A stretch of DNA of 24,141 nt, from NCBI GenBank assembly GCA_026983935.1, contig JALSTC010000047.1, positions 1-24,141 of the forward strand, in the 5' to 3' direction. This DNA is from Ardenticatenia bacterium. GTDB lineage: Bacteria > Chloroflexota > Anaerolineae > Aggregatilineales > Ch27. A program made the translations under genes and the position numbers. Below the pieces are notes generated by a model. The model was not told the origin of the DNA, searched no databases, and saw nothing but the letters and a program-made list of their open reading frames with translations. Positions 19,384 to 24,141 of this stretch are shown piece by piece. Numbering within the stretch: position 1 is the first letter of the stretch; each line of letters opens with the position of its first letter.

Positions 19384-22059
19384 ATGGCACGTAAGAAATC
19401 CACACGGCAGCCGTCGCGCTGGCGGGCCATTCTGGATACGGTAAAGAACTTCAGATTTCGTCGTCCTCGCGGGGGCAGCCAGCGCCGCAAGTCAAGCAGA
19501 TCGGGAACTGCGCGCCGCCGCTGGCAGCGAGCAATGCCTGCTTTGCCGAGTCTTCGGGATCTGCCTGCCCAATGGCGTGAGTTTACAGAGAGCCTCCCCC
19601 CCTGGACAGATGAGGTGGCTGGCATTCTGCTGATCGTGTTTGGGGTGGTTTCTTTGCTGGCACTGCTGAACTTCTCTCCAGACACAACGGTGGCTAGCAG
19701 TTGGGCCTACGCGATCAGGCAGTTGTTTGGCTACGGCGGTTTCGTGGTGGCGCTGGGTATTCTGGCACTGGGCGTCATCATATTGCTTCCCAAACTGGGC
19801 ATAGTGCTGCGTTTTCCCTGGCCGCGCGTGCTGGCAATCGAGATCGCATTCATATCATTTCTCGCTTTGCTGCATCTGCTGGCCAACGATCCTGAGCCCC
19901 GTGCTCTGGCTCGCGCTGGTGGGGGTGGGGGATATGTCGGCTGGGCACTCAGCCAGCTTGTCGTCGGGCTTTTCGACCCGATCACCTCGACATTGCTGTA
20001 TGCGGCGGTGTTTATTGTCGCTCTGAGCCGGGCGATCGGCTTGCGTCGGCGGCATCTTGAGCGCGGGTTGGAATGGCTCTCCGATCGGCTTCGCAAGCTG
20101 GCCGATACTGTAGAGGGACGCGCGATGCAGTTCGAGGCTACGGCGGAAGGTATTCCCACGCCGGAGTCTGCCGCGTCTGTGATGGCGCAGCGATCTCGGC
20201 CATCCATTGTGCCCAGGCATGCTGCGCCGGATATGCCCCGTGTGCGCCCGATCCAGGGAGAAGACCATGCTGAGGGTGCGGGGTTGCCGGAAGAACCGCC
20301 GTCTTTGTTTGCCGATACGTTGAACTATGTTCAACCTGATCCGGAAAAGGTGCAGCGCGGCCTCAGCTCACCCGGCGTGCCTGGAACGCGGCCTTCTGTC
20401 GTCCCCCGTAGTGATAAGGATGAGGAAAAGCCTTACCGACCAGTTCTCTGGCGTCCAAAGTCACGTCGTGCACGTGTGAAGAAAGTTCGCGACGCTGAGG
20501 GGCGTCTGGTGCGTTATTTTCGCGTTGATGATCTCCAGGAGCCTAGACGGGTGGGCAAGCGCGCCAGTTATTTACCTCCCCTGGACCTGCTGGATGAACG
20601 CGATCTGAATCGCCCCACTGACGAAGAAATCAATGAGAATGCCCGAATCATTGAGGAAACTCTGCGCGAATTTGACGTGCATGTTGAAGTAATTGATGTA
20701 CGGATTGGCCCTGCTGTCACGCAGTATGCCGTCCAACCGTTCAAAGAAATTGTGAATGAGCAGGGCGAACGGGTGTTACAACGGGTGCGTGTCGGGCGCA
20801 TTTCCGCGCTGGAACGCGACCTTGCGCTCGCACTCTCTGCCAGGCGGCTTCGTATACAGGCACCTGTGCCCGGTTTTTCCTATGTGGGCGTGGAAGTGCC
20901 AAACAAGCAGCCCAGCATTGTCTCCTTACGTGGTGTGATGGAGAGCACTGTTTTCTACCGCACGCGCTCACCGCTTGCGCTCCCCCTGGGGCGGGATGTT
21001 TCCGGCACATCCGTCGTGGCCGATCTGGCAACAATGCCTCACCTGCTGGTTGCAGGGACGACCGGTTCTGGAAAGTCTGTGGCACTGACGTCCATGGCAA
21101 CGGCACTGGTGATGAACAACTCACCGGATAATCTTAAGCTGGTCATGCTCGATCCGAAGATGGTTGAGCTGTCACGATTTAACGGCCTGCCGCATTTGCT
21201 GGGGCCGGTGGAAACCGACCAGGAGCGCATTCTTGGCGTGCTGCGCTGGGCGACTCGTGAGATGGATCGGCGCTATAAGCTGCTGGAGGTGGAAGCAGCC
21301 CGTAATCTGCAAGCCTACAATAAGGCGTTGGGGCGGCGGCGTAGAGATGAACACCTGCCCTATATTGTGATCATCTTTGACGAAATTGGCGATCTGATGC
21401 TTTCCAGACCGGACGAGACAGAGAAGACATTGGCGCGGCTGGCCCAGATGGCGCGTGCTGTCGGCATTCATCTGATCGTCGCCACACAGCGCCCTTCAGT
21501 GGATGTGATCACAGGGTTGATCAAGGCGAACTTCCCGGCGCGTATTTCCTTCGCGGTGGCGTCCAGTGTGGACTCGCGGGTTATCCTTGATTCGGTGGGC
21601 GCGGAGACACTCATGGGCCGGGGGGATATGCTGTATCAGGCGTCCGATGCAGCCGGGCCACGGCGTATTCAGGGGTGCTTTGTTTCTGATGAAGAGATTG
21701 ACGCTGTGGTTACCCATTGGGCCGGGTGGCTTGAGGAGCAGGTGGAGACTGGCCAGCGAGATGCTCAGACGATCGCTCCCTGGGAACGGGGTATGACCCG
21801 CCGCGAACTGCTGTCCGAGACCGATCCGATGCTTGAGGCGGCCATTCAACTGGTCGTAGAAGCAGGGGAGGCCTCAGCCTCGCTGATCCAGAGGCGGCTT
21901 GGTGTGGGCTATCCGCGTGCGGCCCGCCTGATGGATTTGATGCATGAGTTGGGAATCATCGGGGCGGAGAGGAGCGGCGGACGTACCCGCGAAGTCCTGT
22001 TCAAAGCCGGGGATGATCCCTTTAAACAGTTGATTGATCGCCGCATTCATGGTGGTTGA
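19384..22059 (+). CDS. ftsK: FtsK/SpoIIIE DNA translocase (4TM domain, linker, alpha/beta motor, gamma domain)
   Basis: N-terminal TM bundle; PHLLVAGTTGSGKS (Walker A), IVIIFDEIGDL (Walker B), LAQMARAVGIHLIVATQRPSVDVITG, GAETLMGRGDML; gamma domain ASASLIQRRLGVGYPRAARLMD. Confidence 0.96.
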   Translation: MARKKSTRQPSRWRAILDTVKNFRFRRPRGGSQRRKSSRSGTARRRWQRAMPALPSLRDLPAQWREFTESLPPWTDEVAGILLIVFGVVSLLALLNFSPDTTVASSWAYAIRQLFGYGGFVVALGILALGVIILLPKLGIVLRFPWPRVLAIEIAFISFLALLHLLANDPEPRALARAGGGGGYVGWALSQLVVGLFDPITSTLLYAAVFIVALSRAIGLRRRHLERGLEWLSDRLRKLADTVEGRAMQFEATAEGIPTPESAASVMAQRSRPSIVPRHAAPDMPRVRPIQGEDHAEGAGLPEEPPSLFADTLNYVQPDPEKVQRGLSSPGVPGTRPSVVPRSDKDEEKPYRPVLWRPKSRRARVKKVRDAEGRLVRYFRVDDLQEPRRVGKRASYLPPLDLLDERDLNRPTDEEINENARIIEETLREFDVHVEVIDVRIGPAVTQYAVQPFKEIVNEQGERVLQRVRVGRISALERDLALALSARRLRIQAPVPGFSYVGVEVPNKQPSIVSLRGVMESTVFYRTRSPLALPLGRDVSGTSVVADLATMPHLLVAGTTGSGKSVALTSMATALVMNNSPDNLKLVMLDPKMVELSRFNGLPHLLGPVETDQERILGVLRWATREMDRRYKLLEVEAARNLQAYNKALGRRRRDEHLPYIVIIFDEIGDLMLSRPDETEKTLARLAQMARAVGIHLIVATQRPSVDVITGLIKANFPARISFAVASSVDSRVILDSVGAETLMGRGDMLYQASDAAGPRRIQGCFVSDEEIDAVVTHWAGWLEEQVETGQRDAQTIAPWERGMTRRELLSETDPMLEAAIQLVVEAGEASASLIQRRLGVGYPRAARLMDLMHELGIIGAERSGGRTREVLFKAGDDPFKQLIDRRIHGG

Positions 22060-22107
22060 AACTTTTGCAGTGTTTTGTGTTTTCGCGCAGTCCGATTGGG
22101 GGTGAGG

Positions 22108-24141
22108 ATGGCCGATGAGGGGGAAGTTTTCAGTCTGCTGGACGTTGTTCGCATGATCGGTCCGCGGACGGCATGGCAGGCGTTCTGGTACGACCGCAGC
22201 AGGCATCGGCTGGATGCACGCTATGCTGTGCCATCTCCCCCGCCGGGGCCGTGGAATCGTTTGGGGGAGTTGCGGGAGATCGAACAGAATGCACAGGGTG
22301 TTATGTTTCGAACCGATTCCGGCAGCCTGCGCGTAGATGTGCTGGCAGAAGACTGCCTGCGCGTGCGGCTGGCTCCGGATGGTGTGTTTTCGGAGCCGTT
22401 TTCCTATGCTGTGGAGAAAACCGTCTGGGAGCCAGTAGATTTCACAGTCGCCGAAGATGATGAAGGGGTGACCATACAGGCTGGTGATACCCGGTGCCGT
22501 GTGGCGCGAGCATCGGCGAGGTTGACAGTCACAGATAGTGCAGGTCGTGTGATCTGCGAGGACGACGAGGGGATTACCTGGCGAGGACATCAGGTGCGCC
22601 TCAGTCAGCGGCTTGCACCGGGAGAATCCGGGCATGGCCTGGGTGAGCGTGCTTTTGGCCTCAATCTTCGTGGTCGCACGTATACCCTCTGGAACAAAGA
22701 CCCCATTGGCTATAACCGCGGTGACGATCCGATCAATTTGAGCATTCCTTTTTATCTTGGTCTGCGGGGTACCAATGCTTATGGCATTTTCTGGGATAAC
22801 GCCGCACGCGGACGGGTAAGCGTCGGCGCGTCAGGTGCAGAAGATGAACTGGTTTTTGAGGCAGAGGCCGGGGAGTTACGCTATTACCTGCTCACAGGGC
22901 CGACGGCCCTGCAGGTGCTGGAACGCTATACAGAACTGACCGGGCGTATGCCAATGCCACCCCTGTGGGCGTTGGGCTATCACCAGTGCCGCTGGAGCTA
23001 TATGACTGAAGAAGAAGTGCGTGAGATCGCGGCGGAGTTCCGCCAGCGCAGGATTCCGTGCGATGCGATCTACCTGGATATTGACTACATGGATGGCTTC
23101 CGCTGTTTTACCTGGAACCGCCAGCGTTTTCCCGATCCACCGCGCATGATCGCTGATCTGAGAAAGCAGGGATTCAAAGTCGTTACCATCATTGACCCTG
23201 GTATCAAGGTGGACAGACGCTATGCCGTTTGCGAGAGCGGCCTTCGGGAAGGCGCATTTCTGAAATATCCTGACGGCAAGCTGTTTGTCGCGCCCGTATG
23301 GCCTGGCAACTGCTATTTCCCGGATTTTACCAGCCCGGACGTGCGTGCATGGTGGGGGCGGCAGTATGCCGGGCTGCTGGCCGATGGGGTGGCCGGATTC
23401 TGGAATGACATGGGCGAACCGGCGATTTTTGGCTTTGGCGGTGCCGCGCCGGACATGCCGGACTATGTGCCGCATGACTGGGAAGGCCGGGGAACAACTC
23501 ACCTCGAAGCGCATAACGTCTACGGCATGCTGATGGGGCGGGCCACGCGGGAGGGGCTGGAGCATCTGGCTCCGGAGCGCCGCCACCTGGTTATCGTCCG
23601 TGCTGCGTTTGCGGGGGCACAGCGCTATGCTTCCTCCTGGACAGCAGACAATGTATCTGCCTGGGATCATCTGCGGCTGAGTATCAGCATGTGCCTGAAT
23701 CTGGGGCTTTCAGGGCTGTCATTCACCGGGCCGGATATTGGTGGATTTGCAGGGAATGCCGACGGTGAACTGTTCACCCGCTGGGTGCAGCTTGGGGTAC
23801 TGCTGCCGTTTTTCCGGGGGCATACAGCCAAGGGGACGGCGCGGCATGAACCGTGGGCGTTCGGGCAGCCGTATGAGGATATTAACCGTCGCTATATCGA
23901 GCTGCGCTACCGCCTGCTGCCGTATCTTTACACAGCCTTCGCCGAGTGTGCGGTACATGGCTGGCCGATTATCCGTCCGCTGGCATTCGAAGACCCTGCC
24001 TTTGCCGACTGCGACGATCAGTATTTGCTGGGCAATGCACTACTTGCTGCTCCGGTAGTGGAGCAGGGCGCGGCGCAGCGAACCGTCCGCCTGCCTGCCG
24101 GTGATTGGTATGATTACTGGAGCGGCAAGCGTTACGAGGGC
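22108..24141 (+). CDS. Glycoside hydrolase family 31 (alpha-glucosidase-like), truncated by the window edge
   Basis: Not in the ORF track because there is no stop in the window. Manual translation from ATG 22108 (GGTGAGG RBS): GLGERA, MPPLWALGYHQCRWSY, IYLDIDYMDGFRCFTW, FWNDMGEP (nucleophile Asp), WTADN (acid/base Asp), GPDIGGF, LRYRLLPYLY, LPAGDWYDYW. Frame open for 678 codons. Confidence 0.95.
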   Translation, partial: MADEGEVFSLLDVVRMIGPRTAWQAFWYDRSRHRLDARYAVPSPPPGPWNRLGELREIEQNAQGVMFRTDSGSLRVDVLAEDCLRVRLAPDGVFSEPFSYAVEKTVWEPVDFTVAEDDEGVTIQAGDTRCRVARASARLTVTDSAGRVICEDDEGITWRGHQVRLSQRLAPGESGHGLGERAFGLNLRGRTYTLWNKDPIGYNRGDDPINLSIPFYLGLRGTNAYGIFWDNAARGRVSVGASGAEDELVFEAEAGELRYYLLTGPTALQVLERYTELTGRMPMPPLWALGYHQCRWSYMTEEEVREIAAEFRQRRIPCDAIYLDIDYMDGFRCFTWNRQRFPDPPRMIADLRKQGFKVVTIIDPGIKVDRRYAVCESGLREGAFLKYPDGKLFVAPVWPGNCYFPDFTSPDVRAWWGRQYAGLLADGVAGFWNDMGEPAIFGFGGAAPDMPDYVPHDWEGRGTTHLEAHNVYGMLMGRATREGLEHLAPERRHLVIVRAAFAGAQRYASSWTADNVSAWDHLRLSISMCLNLGLSGLSFTGPDIGGFAGNADGELFTRWVQLGVLLPFFRGHTAKGTARHEPWAFGQPYEDINRRYIELRYRLLPYLYTAFAECAVHGWPIIRPLAFEDPAFADCDDQYLLGNALLAAPVVEQGAAQRTVRLPAGDWYDYWSGKRYEG

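Noticed and set aside
21874-23958. Minus-strand ORFs 21874-22635, 22876-23670 and 23719-23958
   Set aside because: Antisense to ftsK and the GH31 frame, which carry clear conserved motifs.

Overview
A gene-dense chromosomal window of roughly 55-60% GC (estimated by eye), with no mobile element, CRISPR array, rRNA or tRNA recognisable. Gene content and protein style suggest Chloroflexota, probably Anaerolineae (inference). In order: 5' part of pyruvate:ferredoxin/flavodoxin oxidoreductase (minus strand, runs off the left edge, missed by the ORF track) divergent from a DHOD-like flavoprotein; a GT-C membrane glycosyltransferase; an orphan receiver protein; a GT4 glycosyltransferase; a PPC-domain lipoprotein; GDP-fucose synthase; a metallophosphoesterase; a membrane-anchored hypothetical; a LiaF-like protein 3 bp downstream of an RpoD-family sigma factor; a Ser/Thr receptor kinase with an RbsB-like sugar-binding ectodomain; a GNAT acetyltransferase preceded by a candidate leader peptide; a multi-TM/GAF/HTH protein; a three-domain S1 paralogue with a perfect sigma70 promoter; FtsK; and a GH31 alpha-glucosidase (runs off the right edge, also missed by the track). 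The most interesting part is the 11.1-19.3 kb regulatory block. All family calls come from motif recognition by eye; no database searches were run.
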